Source: an uncultured Methanoregulaceae archaeon (GTDB taxonomy: Archaea > Halobacteriota > Methanomicrobia > Methanomicrobiales > Methanospirillaceae). Taken from it: a stretch of 64,000 bases of DNA. Shown here piece by piece: positions 21,080 through 31,543 of this stretch. The notes under the pieces were generated by a model that ran no database searches, had not been told where the DNA came from, and saw only the letters and a program-made list of their open reading frames with translations. Each line of letters opens with the position of its first letter. The stretch's first letter is position 1. The stretch is taken from the NCBI GenBank assembly GCA_963841015.1, contig CAWJAX010000003.1, positions 288,001 to 352,000 of the forward strand, given 5' to 3'. The position numbers were made by a program, and so were the translations under genes.

Positions 21080-21340
21080 GGGTATAGTTACATTCTAATC
21101 ACGAACATTTCTTCACGATTCAAAAAATTCATTGATGACGCTCCCGGGGGCTTCGGCTTTTCCCAACTCCCCCGCCGCTGTGGCGACCCCCCTGATGCGA
21201 TACAACTGATAATCCCAATAAAAGCCGAAAATCCCTTTGTCAAAAAATGAAATACATTTTTTATCCTGAATTTTGTACCTTGAATTTTTTTTCACGTATT
21301 AAGCAATTTTTATTTTAGTGGTTAAACCTGGACTCTGCCC
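21080..21340. mobile_element. MITE-like element, second TIR family, with 7-bp target-site duplication
   Basis: Ends GGGTATAGTT / GACTCTGCCC (imperfect TIR); TTATCAT directly repeated at 21073-21079 and 21341-21347; contains a core shared with module A. Confidence 0.7.
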
Positions 21341-21346
21341 TTATCA

Positions 21347-22207
21347 TTACAACAGGGGGACTGGCTGTTTATCGCCAAGAGCCGGGAGGCGCGTGGGTTT
21401 GACCAGGACCGGTTCATCAGACTGACGGATTTTTTCAAGCACCAGGAGTCTTCCTTTCCGGGTCATCGCAAAAATTGGAACTGAAATACCGGCCTGGAGA
21501 AGTGCCCCGGCCCCGGCGATTTCCCGGATAGTTTTTGATGCACAGGACGTTACCAGATCAGATGCTGAAACGAGTAATTCTGCTTCACCGGATGAGAGCC
21601 CGGTCACATGGACTGCAAAGATCAGGGTATCCGGATGGATCCTGCGGATAATTTCTGCAGTCTCCGGCGTGGCGACGGTGACTGCGATATTCCGGTACCC
21701 TTCCATGTTTGCGAGTGCCACACCCGCTGCCTGATCGATCGTTGCATGGTTCCGGTCGAGTACTATCCCCCCGCCCTGCTCAATCCGGTCCATGACCGAT
21801 GTATGGGGTGACGTTTTTACCAGCCCGGACATCCTGCCCCCGATTCCCTGTGCCATTGCAGGTTTTGTGACTATGACTGTGCCCGCACCATCACATGCAA
21901 GGACCGCTGCATCGATTAATCCTGAATACAGACCAAAACTGAGCAATTCCGATGCACCAAACCCGACAAATTCACGGGTATCAAGTACCTCCCGGTTTTC
22001 AGTACACATACCAAATGCCTGTATCCGGTGCTCAATGTTCATCCTGATGGCATCTTTGGTAATTGCGGGAATCGGGTACGCGAATCGTTTTGCAAGAGGA
22101 CAATCGCTGATGAGTGCCTCGCCGACTTCGACTACCTTTCCATTCTTAATGACAATGCGACTCCGGCCAATCGCCTCGATAATATGTTCGTCATCTCCGT
22201 GTGTCAC
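21347..22207 (-). CDS. Methanogenesis marker protein 8
   Basis: DEHIIEAIG, CPLA, NIEHRIQAFGMCT, FVGFGASE, CDGAGTV, QGIGGRMSGLVKTSP, HVTG and SCASK motifs. Confidence 0.9.
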   Translation of the reverse strand: MTHGDDEHIIEAIGRSRIVIKNGKVVEVGEALISDCPLAKRFAYPIPAITKDAIRMNIEHRIQAFGMCTENREVLDTREFVGFGASELLSFGLYSGLIDAAVLACDGAGTVIVTKPAMAQGIGGRMSGLVKTSPHTSVMDRIEQGGGIVLDRNHATIDQAAGVALANMEGYRNIAVTVATPETAEIIRRIHPDTLIFAVHVTGLSSGEAELLVSASDLVTSCASKTIREIAGAGALLQAGISVPIFAMTRKGRLLVLEKIRQSDEPVLVKPTRLPALGDKQPVPLL

Positions 22208-22326
22208 AGGGATTCACCTTGCTCTGAAATGTAAAAAGGTGTTTGCTGTTCAACCTTAAGGAACATTGCCGGACAAAAAAATGGGATTTCCAAACAGATA
22301 TGACAGAACAGTGACGATACAAGTAC

Positions 22327-23061
22327 ATGGATGAGATATCGCGATACCGCGAGATTGATCTGGTCCGTGGTATTGCCATTCTCATGATGATTCTTTTTCA
22401 TACGGTATTTGATCTCTATTTTTTCCGGATTCTTCCCCTTGATATCTATTCAGGATTCTGGCGGTATTTTGCCTTTTCAACCGCATCACTGTTTCTCCTG
22501 ATTGTCGGAATTTCACTCACTATCAGCCGGGCACGGTCAGTAAAATCCGGTTACCCGCTGGCATTAAAATTCGTATACCGGGGAGCCGGCATCTTTATGC
22601 TCGGACTTCTTGTCACATTCTGCACCTGGCTTTTCCTGAGGGAAGGGTTCATCGTTTTTGGCATCCTGCATCTTATCGGTATTTCCGTCATGATCTCCCC
22701 GCTCTTTTTCCGGTTTAAAAAATGGAACATCGGCCTAGGTTTTCTGGTGATTCTGATAGGGTTTTGGTTTGCATCCCGTACCGGACCGATCTGGCTCCTT
22801 CCCCTGGGCCTTCATCCGGCAACGTTCTGGTCGGTGGATTACGAGCCGGTCTTTCCCTGGTTCGGGGTTGTCCTGATCGGTATGGGAATGGGAGAGTATC
22901 TGTACCCCGGGGGGGTTCGGAATTTCGCCATGCCTCATATCCCGGAAATTATTATCAGACCATTGTCATTTTTAGGAAGGCATTCCCTCATTATTTACCT
23001 GGTCCACCAGCCGATCATCATTCTCATCATTGCAGCAGTAACCGGTATAAAGGTGCTGTGA
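22327..23061 (+). CDS. DUF1624 / heparan-alpha-glucosaminide N-acetyltransferase-domain membrane protein
   Basis: EIDLVRGIAILMMILFH, FGILHLIG, SVDYEPVFPWFG and LGRHSLIIYLVHQP motifs. Confidence 0.88.
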   Translation: MDEISRYREIDLVRGIAILMMILFHTVFDLYFFRILPLDIYSGFWRYFAFSTASLFLLIVGISLTISRARSVKSGYPLALKFVYRGAGIFMLGLLVTFCTWLFLREGFIVFGILHLIGISVMISPLFFRFKKWNIGLGFLVILIGFWFASRTGPIWLLPLGLHPATFWSVDYEPVFPWFGVVLIGMGMGEYLYPGGVRNFAMPHIPEIIIRPLSFLGRHSLIIYLVHQPIIILIIAAVTGIKVL

Positions 23062-23098
23062 AGAGCCGTCAGCCATCGGCAGATGATTGAAAAGCACA

Positions 23099-23489
23099 GG
23101 TACGGTGACATCGGGGACAATGCCTGTCCTCCCATACCGCCCCAGTACCTGGCGATGATGACGTAGTACTTGCCCAGGGGTTATCGCATTGGGGAGCCAC
23201 AGAGGCTGGGGTGAGACCCCCTTTTTGAGTATAGCCTGTAATTGAGCATTTCCCATGAAAATTGAACTATTCAGGTATGATACGAGATTTTTTTTCACAC
23301 GCCTCCATTTACGATGATTGCCGCCGCCCCGCAAACGGTCGCCCCCGCGGCAGATCAGTAACCAACAATTCAAAAAAAAACCCTGCCCGCCGTGCCTCGG
23401 AGAGGCCCTGAGGCGGGGCTCCATCAAATATATTATGATTTTCATGGTTCGGGAGTGAACCACATAGATTCATGTTTGTTTCTACAGAC
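23099..23489 (+). repeat. Dispersed MITE-like repeat, copy R3: modules A-B-C
   Basis: Colinear with 56620-57035; ends TTCTACAGAC. Confidence 0.9.
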
Positions 23490-23499
23490 TAAAAAAACA

Positions 23500-23609
23500 G
23501 GGTATAGTATTATTTTAACTACCAACTCGTAAAGGAAATAACGAGAGAAAATGTAATCAGAATAGTGTTTTAAAAATTCAGATCGAAAAAGTGTTCCTGT
23601 TCAAAGGAC
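23500..23609 (+). repeat. Module D (left part of second-family element)
   Basis: Starts GGGTATAGT; ~110 nt nearly identical to 31116-31227. Confidence 0.88.
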
Positions 23610-23686
23610 CAGAGGGTTCCTATCAGGGTAATATAGTGATTGGACAGGATTATTTAGATTCCAGTCCCAGATAACATACTATTTCC

Positions 23687-24358
23687 ATGATCCTCCCTTT
23701 ATTCACTCTCACCCTTGAGCCATCAGATCCACTTCATTTTTCAATCGATGATCTTCGCTCATTTTTTCATAAAAAATCTGCTGATTACACCCGGCTCCAC
23801 AAGGATTTAACAAAAGGTTTTATTCACCGTTATCCGGTCGTGCAGTGTAAACAGATCAAAGGTATAATCATGGTGATCGGTGCCGGCCAGGGAGCAAATT
23901 TCCTGCAGGAGATTTCCGGTGGCGCACATGAGTTCCGGTTTGGAGACTCCAGATGCATTATAACGGGCCGCGATCAGGAGATCAGGGATGAAGAGTTCGG
24001 CATCTCAGGCGAGATCCACACCTATGAATTTCTCACACCATGGCTTGCTCTGAACCAGCAGAATGCAAAAAAATTCTATGATCTGAAGGGAAAGCCGGAT
24101 CGGGATGCTTTCATGCAGAAAATCCTTACCGGCCACCTCATCACGCTTGCCAAATCCCTTGACTATGATCTTCCTGCACCAATCACGTGCAAAAGCAGGG
24201 TGCGGTTCAGACGAGAGCGGATTCAAAAGGAAAATGTCATGGTGTTCCTCGGAACGTTTGGAACGAATCTTACGATTCCTGATTACCTTGGGATCGGGCA
24301 GTCGGTTTCACAGGGATTTGGGACGATACGCTCTGCAGTCCAGGATCCTGACCATTGA
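23687..24358 (+). CDS. cas6: Stand-alone Cas6b-like RAMP endoribonuclease
   Basis: FIHRYPVVQCK, YEFLTPWLALNQQN, KILTGHLITLAKSL and C-terminal Gly-rich loop IPDYLGIGQSVSQGFGTI; no other cas genes or array in the window. Confidence 0.85.
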   Translation: MILPLFTLTLEPSDPLHFSIDDLRSFFHKKSADYTRLHKDLTKGFIHRYPVVQCKQIKGIIMVIGAGQGANFLQEISGGAHEFRFGDSRCIITGRDQEIRDEEFGISGEIHTYEFLTPWLALNQQNAKKFYDLKGKPDRDAFMQKILTGHLITLAKSLDYDLPAPITCKSRVRFRRERIQKENVMVFLGTFGTNLTIPDYLGIGQSVSQGFGTIRSAVQDPDH

Positions 24359-24466
24359 TCATTCTCACTACCAGCTCCATCAATCAAAAGGCAATCTTTC
24401 TTCACGGGTAGAATAACAAGCCCGATAAGCAATTAACACCAGAAACAGTACCCGGATTACTTACCC

Positions 24467-25396
24467 ATGCTCTGGATTCTCTTATCGCTCCTTGGAGCCG
24501 TCACCAATGCCAGTTATTTCATCATTATCAAGCGGTACATCACGACGCTGGATCCAAAAGTCCTGACAGGTATTGGATTTACCTGCGGGGGTCTCCTGTT
24601 ATTGGCCTTCTGTGTAATCCGGGGATTTCCGGTGATCGGCCAGGATTTTTACTCAGCGGTTGCAATTACCGCAATCCTGAATATTATCAGCCTCACTCTG
24701 ATCTTCAGGGCTCTCTCCTCCACCGATCTCTCCCTGTCCATTCCCCTGCTCTCGTTCACACCGGTAATTCTTATCGCCACTTCCTATCTTCTCCTGGGTG
24801 AAGTTCCATCTCTTGCGGGAGTTGCGGGCATCTGCATCATCGTTATTGGATCCTATGTACTGAATATCTCGTCCTCAGATGAACACCTCATTGACCCGGT
24901 ACGATCCATGCTGCGAAACCGCGGGAGCTGGTATATGCTCATTGTAGCATTCCTGTTTGCGGTATCAATCAATTTTGATAAAATTGCAATGATGAATTCG
25001 GACCCTTTCTTCGGTATGGCGCTTACGGTTCTTGCGATCGGCGGGGCGTTTGTTCTTATGGCTGCTTTTTCCTGCAGTTCTTTTCGTCCTGTATCCTCGC
25101 AGAGACCCCCTGAAAATGAATACCGGGCACCTCTTTTTGGATTCCCTGCATTCCTGCAGAGAAAATATCTCGCTCTTACAATCCTTATTGGCGCATTCGT
25201 TGCCATTGAGGCTGCATCCATCAACGTTGCATACACAATGCAGATCGTGCCGTATGTCATTGCAATAAAACGCCTGAGCATCATCTTCGTAGTCCTTTAT
25301 GGCACCCTGATATTTTCTGAGGATGAAACCGTTAAAAGGCTGATGGGTGCTGCCCTGATGGTCGCAGGTGCAATTATTATCGTGCTGTTTGCGTGA
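24467..25396 (+). CDS. EamA/DMT-family transporter
   Basis: Ten TM helices in two EamA repeats (DLSLSIPLLSFTP...LLGE; VPYVIAIKRLS). Confidence 0.9.
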   Translation: MLWILLSLLGAVTNASYFIIIKRYITTLDPKVLTGIGFTCGGLLLLAFCVIRGFPVIGQDFYSAVAITAILNIISLTLIFRALSSTDLSLSIPLLSFTPVILIATSYLLLGEVPSLAGVAGICIIVIGSYVLNISSSDEHLIDPVRSMLRNRGSWYMLIVAFLFAVSINFDKIAMMNSDPFFGMALTVLAIGGAFVLMAAFSCSSFRPVSSQRPPENEYRAPLFGFPAFLQRKYLALTILIGAFVAIEAASINVAYTMQIVPYVIAIKRLSIIFVVLYGTLIFSEDETVKRLMGAALMVAGAIIIVLFA

Positions 25397-25406
25397 CAGG
25401 ATCTTT

Positions 25407-27074
25407 TTATTGCATAAAGAGCGGGACGAGTGCAGATTCCCCGACATCAAAGAGCCCATTATCAGTTATCCTCAGGGTGGGAATCACCGTCAGGGCAAGG
25501 AACGAAAGGTACATGAAAGGATCACTGATGCTGCCCATGCGCTCAGTGACCGTGTGAAGAGATTTTAACCGCTTTACAACTTCAGGATAGGGTAGCGTTG
25601 ACATCAACCCGGAGCAATCGAGGGGAAGGATTGTAGGGTTTTCTCCCACAACAGCCACCATCGCACCCCGTGAACGAATTACTTCTTTAATTGCTCTACG
25701 GATTTCTGCATCGCTCGTGCCAACGGCGATGATGTTATGGGCATCATGGGAAACACTGGATGCAATCGCTCCACGCTTCAGCGAGAATCCATGGACGAGT
25801 CCGATAACGCATTCCTTGTCCCTGTACCGGCTCCAGACAACCACTTTCAGGATATCACGATGTAAATCGGGGATATCCTGCGCTGTCAGGGAATATCGCA
25901 GGGAGTCGGTGATTATCTGGCGGGGTACAAGCCCGATTACCCGGGCTTCTCCGCTGCCGGTGATCCGAAGTTCACCAGCAGAAGGTGCCCTGCCGGTAAA
26001 AGGCGATGGAGGGCTGGTGCGGGGTACAGAATGTGCTGGATGAACCGCCTTTCCCCCCACAAAAACTTTTTTTATGATGAACCGGTGCAGATCATCAACA
26101 ACACAGAAATCTGCCCTACGCCCCGGGGTAAGGGCCCCGCGATCGGACAGCCCGAATCTTTCTGCAGCAGAGAGTGTTGCCATCCGCAGGGCAAGTTCTG
26201 GTTCAAGCCCGCATTCGATAGCCCGCCGCACGCACCGGTCAATGTGTCCTTTCTCATAAAGTATATCCGCATGGCAGTCGTCTGTGGCAAAACAGCACCG
26301 TGCTACCGTCCTGAGGTTCACCAGACCAATAAGATCGGCAATATTGTGTTCGGTTGAACCTTCACGGATGAATATATACATCCCGCGCCGCAGTTTTTCT
26401 TCTGCCTCATCCCGCAAAGTGCACTCGTGATCACTCTGGATCCCGGCAAGGATGTACGCGTTGAGATCACGACCACGCAGCATTGGGGCGTGACCATCCC
26501 TGATAGCTGAGATCCGGAATTTTTTTCCAATAGCAGGATCTGCGGAAAGGACACCGGGAACATTCATCATCTCACCAAGCCCCAGAATTCCATCGCACCC
26601 GATATACTGCTGAAGATCATGGGCATCCAGCGTAGCACCTCCCATGTCCATCAGGGTCGCAGGAACACAGGAGGGAAGGAGATACCGGATATCAATACAA
26701 GCTCCCGACCGTTCTGCAAGCATGAAATCAATCCCCGGTTTACCGGCAACGTTGGCAATTTCATGCGGATCAGCTATTACGGTAGTTGTTCCATGAAGGG
26801 CCACAAGACGGGCATACTCACGGGGTGCAAGGAGTGAGCTTTCGATGTGGACGTGAGCATCGATCAAACCGGGGATGATATAAGAACCGGAAAGATCATA
26901 GTCTGTTTTTCCGGTATAGGTACCGATACCAAGTACCAGCCCGTTTTTGATTGCGAGATCCCCCCGCTCCCAGTCATTGATAAACGGGTTGAACACCTGG
27001 CCGTTTTTTACTACAGCATCCGCCGGTGTGATACCCCGTGCTGCATCAAGTAGGTCCTTTGAAAACGTTTCCAT
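25407..27074 (-). CDS. ade: Adenine deaminase
   Basis: PGLIDAHVHIESS, DPHEIANV, GLGEMMN, DGHAP, SDHEC, IREGS, TDDCH and SHDAHN motifs. Confidence 0.95.
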   Translation of the reverse strand: METFSKDLLDAARGITPADAVVKNGQVFNPFINDWERGDLAIKNGLVLGIGTYTGKTDYDLSGSYIIPGLIDAHVHIESSLLAPREYARLVALHGTTTVIADPHEIANVAGKPGIDFMLAERSGACIDIRYLLPSCVPATLMDMGGATLDAHDLQQYIGCDGILGLGEMMNVPGVLSADPAIGKKFRISAIRDGHAPMLRGRDLNAYILAGIQSDHECTLRDEAEEKLRRGMYIFIREGSTEHNIADLIGLVNLRTVARCCFATDDCHADILYEKGHIDRCVRRAIECGLEPELALRMATLSAAERFGLSDRGALTPGRRADFCVVDDLHRFIIKKVFVGGKAVHPAHSVPRTSPPSPFTGRAPSAGELRITGSGEARVIGLVPRQIITDSLRYSLTAQDIPDLHRDILKVVVWSRYRDKECVIGLVHGFSLKRGAIASSVSHDAHNIIAVGTSDAEIRRAIKEVIRSRGAMVAVVGENPTILPLDCSGLMSTLPYPEVVKRLKSLHTVTERMGSISDPFMYLSFLALTVIPTLRITDNGLFDVGESALVPLFMQ

Positions 27075-27077
27075 CAA

Positions 27078-27434
27078 TCACACTACGATGTCCCGGATAA
27101 CCGCGGTTTTTCGTTCGCCATCCTGGATAAGATACATATTGAGTTTGTAGGTTCCGGGTTGGAGATTAAGAGGGATAAACACTTTATTATCACCATTATT
27201 AAGGCTGACCGGATGCATGACAAAAGACTGTTCCTGCTGCGACAGTCCGGTCACCCGATATATCGTGACCTGCACAAACGCGCCGGTGGGTTGACCGGGA
27301 TTGTTTATCGTTGCTGCAACACCATTATTGGTGTAGCTGACTTCCCCGATACTGCTCGAAACGCACCCACAAACAACAAAAAAAAGAACCAGAAGCGCCA
27401 GCCCGCCAGGGATGATCTGCAAAGGTGCGGCCAT
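27078..27434 (-). CDS. Hypothetical exported/lipoprotein-like protein
   Basis: Hydrophobic N-terminus ending in VCGC, followed by a beta-rich Ig-like segment (LQPGTYKL). Confidence 0.6.
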   Translation of the reverse strand: MAAPLQIIPGGLALLVLFFVVCGCVSSSIGEVSYTNNGVAATINNPGQPTGAFVQVTIYRVTGLSQQEQSFVMHPVSLNNGDNKVFIPLNLQPGTYKLNMYLIQDGERKTAVIRDIVV

Positions 27435-27608
27435 TGATCTGATGTAAATTTTTTGGAACTTAATACTTTTGAACACGTTTTCCTGCAACGTAATAAAGGA
27501 AACATTCGTGAAAACGTGCCGGCAGCTGAATTATTGAAAACAAAAAAAGATGAAGCCCCCGGCTCCATGGCATACAATCTTTCATAGCATCCGGTCTGTA
27601 AAAGAGGA

Positions 27609-27797
27609 TTATAGTTTTTCGACAGTAACTCGTACGCGGTCCCCGGCTTTTACTGCGTGACCTTTGGGAATATCAATGTTAAACCACAGAGCATTCGGAT
27701 TGTCCTGGGTAGGATCCTGGGACATCAGGCAATCCTTGTAGTCATTGATATCAGCAACGAATTCTACCTCAGATTCAAACTCAAGAAGTTTTGCCAT
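27609..27797 (-). CDS. Small hypothetical protein (62 aa)
   Basis: MAKLLEFESEVEFVADINDYKDCLMSQDP...KAGDRVRVTVEKL; co-oriented with its neighbour. Confidence 0.65.
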   Translation of the reverse strand: MAKLLEFESEVEFVADINDYKDCLMSQDPTQDNPNALWFNIDIPKGHAVKAGDRVRVTVEKL

Positions 27798-27826
27798 AAT
27801 AAAAGGAGAAATGAATGGGCGGTGAA

Positions 27827-28078
27827 TTAAATCGCCCTTGGCGTGACCATCCATGTCGTACTGTTCGAATAGCTCCAGCGGATTATGTCGAGTTCCTTGC
27901 AGATATCTGCAAGAATTGCCATATTTGTTCCTACCTCTTTTGGGGATAACCCGAGTTCTTTTGCAATATATTTTGATTTGAAGTAGTGTTTGCCTTTGGT
28001 TATACCCGAGCTCAGGTACTGAACAATTTTGTGCTGGGTCTCGTTGTACGTTTCGCGGATTTTTTTAGTTGTCTGCAT
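27827..28078 (-). CDS. Small winged-helix protein, conserved euryarchaeal type
   Basis: YFKSKYIAKELGLSPKEVG...IIRWSYSNSTTW HTH motif; TATA-like ATTATATA upstream. Confidence 0.75.
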   Translation of the reverse strand: MQTTKKIRETYNETQHKIVQYLSSGITKGKHYFKSKYIAKELGLSPKEVGTNMAILADICKELDIIRWSYSNSTTWMVTPRAI

Positions 28079-28303
28079 GTCATGCCTCAGCATTTAAATT
28101 TCATATAGAACAAATTGTATATATAATTATCTGATGGTACTGGTTAAAGAATCGGACGTTTTTATTTCCATGCACAAATAATCTGACCAGAAAAAATATA
28201 TCTGGCACGCAAATTGAGCTGATTTTCTTGGGCCTGATTTATGCGCAGTCCTGACATTTTTAACCGGGATTTATTGAGTTTTTAAAAATACAAGAGCATT
28301 TTT

Positions 28304-30141
28304 TTATTTTTGCACCTGAGCATCAGCGATTTTACTGATGAGTGCTTCGAGGACCACGCCGCGCATCCCCTCAACGAATTTGATACTTCCGACCACAAGG
28401 TGCCCGCCGCCGCTGATACCACCCCCCGGTATCTCGTTTCTGAGTTCCCGAACCATCCTCGGGATGTTCATGAGCACACCCCGCGAACGAAGCACTGCAA
28501 AGTCAGGACCAAATCCGATCGTTACAACAGGTTTATCGGCATTCTTTCTGCAAAGCCTGTCATGCACTTCACCGGAAGTTTTTCCTGGCGGGGGGAACGT
28601 AAATTTGTGTGCATGGATCTCTACATCAAGTAAGAAGAGGTGAGCTTCGTTTTTGAGTACCCGTGGAGCCACATGCGGCATGGAGGCGCTCATCTGGTCT
28701 TCGATCATCGTATTTGCCCCGTCAACAAGGAGTGCCACAAGTTTCCTGTGACGTTCAGAATTTCCGGTCAGGTTCAGGATATCCTTGATTATCTCCCTTC
28801 CGTCATTGAACCGCAGCCAGAACTGCTCATAATCAAGCGCGAGTGCAATATCCTTGCATGCTGATTCAGGGTACTGGTCATTGACAAGAGCGAGGAACAG
28901 AGCCCGTTCAGGAGCTTCGCTCCTATCTCCGACACCTGCCACTGCAGGGAGATGCCTGATGAGACGCTCGACTTTTGGATTGATCAGTCGTGCGACTTCA
29001 GTACCGAGCATTCCTGCAGTAATGCCAAAGTCTCCCCCGACATGGTAAGGATTGACGTGAGCTTTGAGGTACTTATCGATGCTCGCGTCAGGATGGTGAT
29101 GGTCAATCACAATAAACGGTATTTCATAAACACTGGCAATCTTGTAGGCGGGTTCATCCTCTTCTGTAGATCCATTATCGGTCAGAAGGACCAGCGGCAT
29201 CTTCTGCCCGTACCGTATATGATCTTTTAAGGAAAAGTCAAGGTCGCGGGTGATATCTTCAATTTCATAGAATGGCGCTTTTGACGGGGCACGCTTAAAA
29301 AGGAAATGATCGGCATCAAAGTCACCACCACTCTCCTTAATAAGTGAAACCACGGCCTGTTCTATCGCCACGGCTGAACAGATACCATCAGCATCGGCAT
29401 GATGGCGAAGGATGATCGGCTGCGATGTGAAGACAGCTTTCCGGATAATTTTGGCAATCTTCTTCATCTCGGGACGGAGCTTTTCCATAACTTCGCTGTG
29501 CACAAGGAGAGGAATATTTTCCGGCTCCGATCGTGCATCCAGCGCTTTTTCAATGCGTATTTTCACCGCTGCTGCATCCTCATCGGTGAGAACAGTAAGC
29601 GAGTCTACCTCAATCTGCAGCTGGTTATTCCGCATCATCACTTCACCAATGATCTTGACAATGTTGTCAAGCTCAGCTTCCGGATATGCCCGGACCCGGC
29701 TTCTACAAAAGCCGCCGCATTCTGGGTCCCGGTCTCATCGACAATCGTAAAGATGGTAGGGCCACTGGTCTGTTTGATCTGGGCGATCTCACCTTCGATT
29801 GCCACCGTCTTTCCTACTTTACTGGAAAGGTCTGCTATGTTAACCGTCGTGGACTTGCGATCAACGGTCTGCACCTGATATACCTGAACCAGCACTTCTT
29901 CCAGATCGATATTACCATTCGGGCGGATCTGGCGAACCCTGACCAGAATAGGATCGCGTTCCTTGTGTTCTGCCTTGATATTGCTCTTGTGCACAAGACC
30001 TTTAATCCGGTCGTTAATCTGGGCAAACATCCCAAATGTTGCAAAACCCTGCACTTTTGCCTGGTAAGTCTTACCTTCCTCAACATCGGAAAGGTCGCAT
30101 CCTGCACCAAGCCGATAAATAATTACGTCATTATTTTCCAT
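28304..30141 (-). CDS. RecJ-like DHH phosphoesterase with S1/OB-fold domains (1-nt frameshift at ~29696)
   Basis: S1 domain (FGMFAQIN...GLVH), OB fold, RHHADADG, DNGST, IDHHHP and GGGHLVVGS. Frames join as AGVRAYPE with one added G. Confidence 0.88.
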
Positions 30142-30361
30142 TGTTTTTCACCACACTCAAGCGAAGCGTACCTATTGTCTGCATTGCTGCAATGGTATAC
30201 TACTACAACGTTGCATATCGACACAAAGCTGATTAAGTACTATTAGGGGTGGCCATGTTAAAGTTCATTGTATCTGACATAATAGCAAAATTCTGTGATT
30301 CGGGCGATGATACCACATTTCCTTATCGGGGTATCGAAACAAACAGAGGATAGGGGGAAGA

Positions 30362-31111
30362 ATGAAAAAAGGTGTAAAGACTGCTCTCATCATCATTGGC
30401 GTCTTATTACTTCTCGGGGTTATTGGGTTTATCACCTGGGGATTAACTCCCCTAGGACCCACCAGTGAGGCCCTGGCAGCGATGGAATCGAATGCAAACG
30501 TCAGCGTCCAGGATAACGGAAATTTTATCGTGTTCACCCCGACCTCAACTACCCCCATAACCGGTTTCATTTTTTATCCCGGCGGTCATGTGGACTGTCG
30601 ATCCTATGCACCGGTTGCGCAGGAAATTGCCCGTCTTGGATATATGGTTTCAATAGTCAGAATGCCACTTTCGCTGGCTGTCTTTGGTATCAACAAAGCA
30701 GACGAAGTGATCACCGCCTATCCAAAGATGCGTTATTGGGTCATCGGTGGTCACTCATTGGGTGGCTCGATGGCGGCATCCTATACCAGGAAAAATACGG
30801 ATAAAGTACAGGGTTTGGTGTTTTGGGCATCCTATCCGGGGAACGGCGATGACCTGTCCTCCACCAGCGTAAAAGGTCTCTCAACCTATGGTTCAAACGA
30901 TCAGGTCTTGAATAGGGATAATTTCAATGCGACTGTTCCGCTGCTCCCGCCGGGAACAAGTATGCAGGTGATTCAGGGAGGCAACCATGCCCAGTTTGGT
31001 AATTATGGTATCCAGCCGGGTGATGGGACAGCCACGATTTCCATTGACGATCAACAGACACAAGCCGCCGACCTGACTGTGCGATTACTGAGAGCGGTGG
31101 AAGGCGAATAA
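30362..31111 (+). CDS. Membrane-anchored alpha/beta hydrolase
   Basis: FYPGG, GGHSLGG (nucleophile Ser), D in GSNDQV and GGNHAQFGNYG. Confidence 0.9.
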   Translation: MKKGVKTALIIIGVLLLLGVIGFITWGLTPLGPTSEALAAMESNANVSVQDNGNFIVFTPTSTTPITGFIFYPGGHVDCRSYAPVAQEIARLGYMVSIVRMPLSLAVFGINKADEVITAYPKMRYWVIGGHSLGGSMAASYTRKNTDKVQGLVFWASYPGNGDDLSSTSVKGLSTYGSNDQVLNRDNFNATVPLLPPGTSMQVIQGGNHAQFGNYGIQPGDGTATISIDDQQTQAADLTVRLLRAVEGE

Positions 31112-31115
31112 TCCA

Positions 31116-31423
31116 GAGTATAGTGCCATTATAACTACCAACTTGTAAAGGAAATAACGAGAGAAAATATAATCAGAATAGTGTTTTTTAAAAATTCAGA
31201 TCGAGAAAGTGTTCCTGTTCAAAGGACAAAAAACTCAGACGCTCGGAAGGGCTTCATCCCGCCACCATGGTGCCCCGGTTGGGATGGCGTTGGGAAAACA
31301 GGGATCAGGTACACCGGTAATACTGATGAATCGTATGCGCCATCGCCCCCAAAGGGGACAGGACTGGCGCAAGGGAGGCGTTCAATACAACAAGAAATTA
31401 GTCGCTGAAATGTGACTATACCC
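31116..31423. mobile_element. MITE-like element, second TIR family (module D plus shared core)
   Basis: Ends GAGTATAGTGCCATT / AATGTGACTATACCC. The right end is the reverse complement of the left end of 21080-21340 at 14/15. No clear TSD. Confidence 0.7.
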
Positions 31424-31543
31424 CAGTCAAAAAAACGTGTCTGGCAGTAAGTGCGGGATGAAAGGATTTAACAGTTTTTTGACTTTTCATTGTTCCTGCA
31501 ATTGAATTTCTTTTTCCTGTCCGAACGATTGCATGAATCAAGG

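Noticed and set aside
22972-23463. Recurrent small ORFs with the AITPxQVLRHHR peptide (also 1371-1556, inside 12830-13741, and related 39965-40150)
   Set aside because: These are translations of the repeat. Frames, starts and lengths differ between copies and indels are not multiples of three.
23062-23686. CRISPR array next to cas6
   Set aside because: There are no regularly spaced 25-40-nt direct repeats with unique spacers here or elsewhere in the window; the region consists of dispersed modules A-D.
28304-30141. True pseudogenes or programmed frameshifting in the split genes
   Set aside because: Each break is a single-base indel at a 4-bp palindromic motif, without slippery heptamers or additional decay; sequencing error is more parsimonious.
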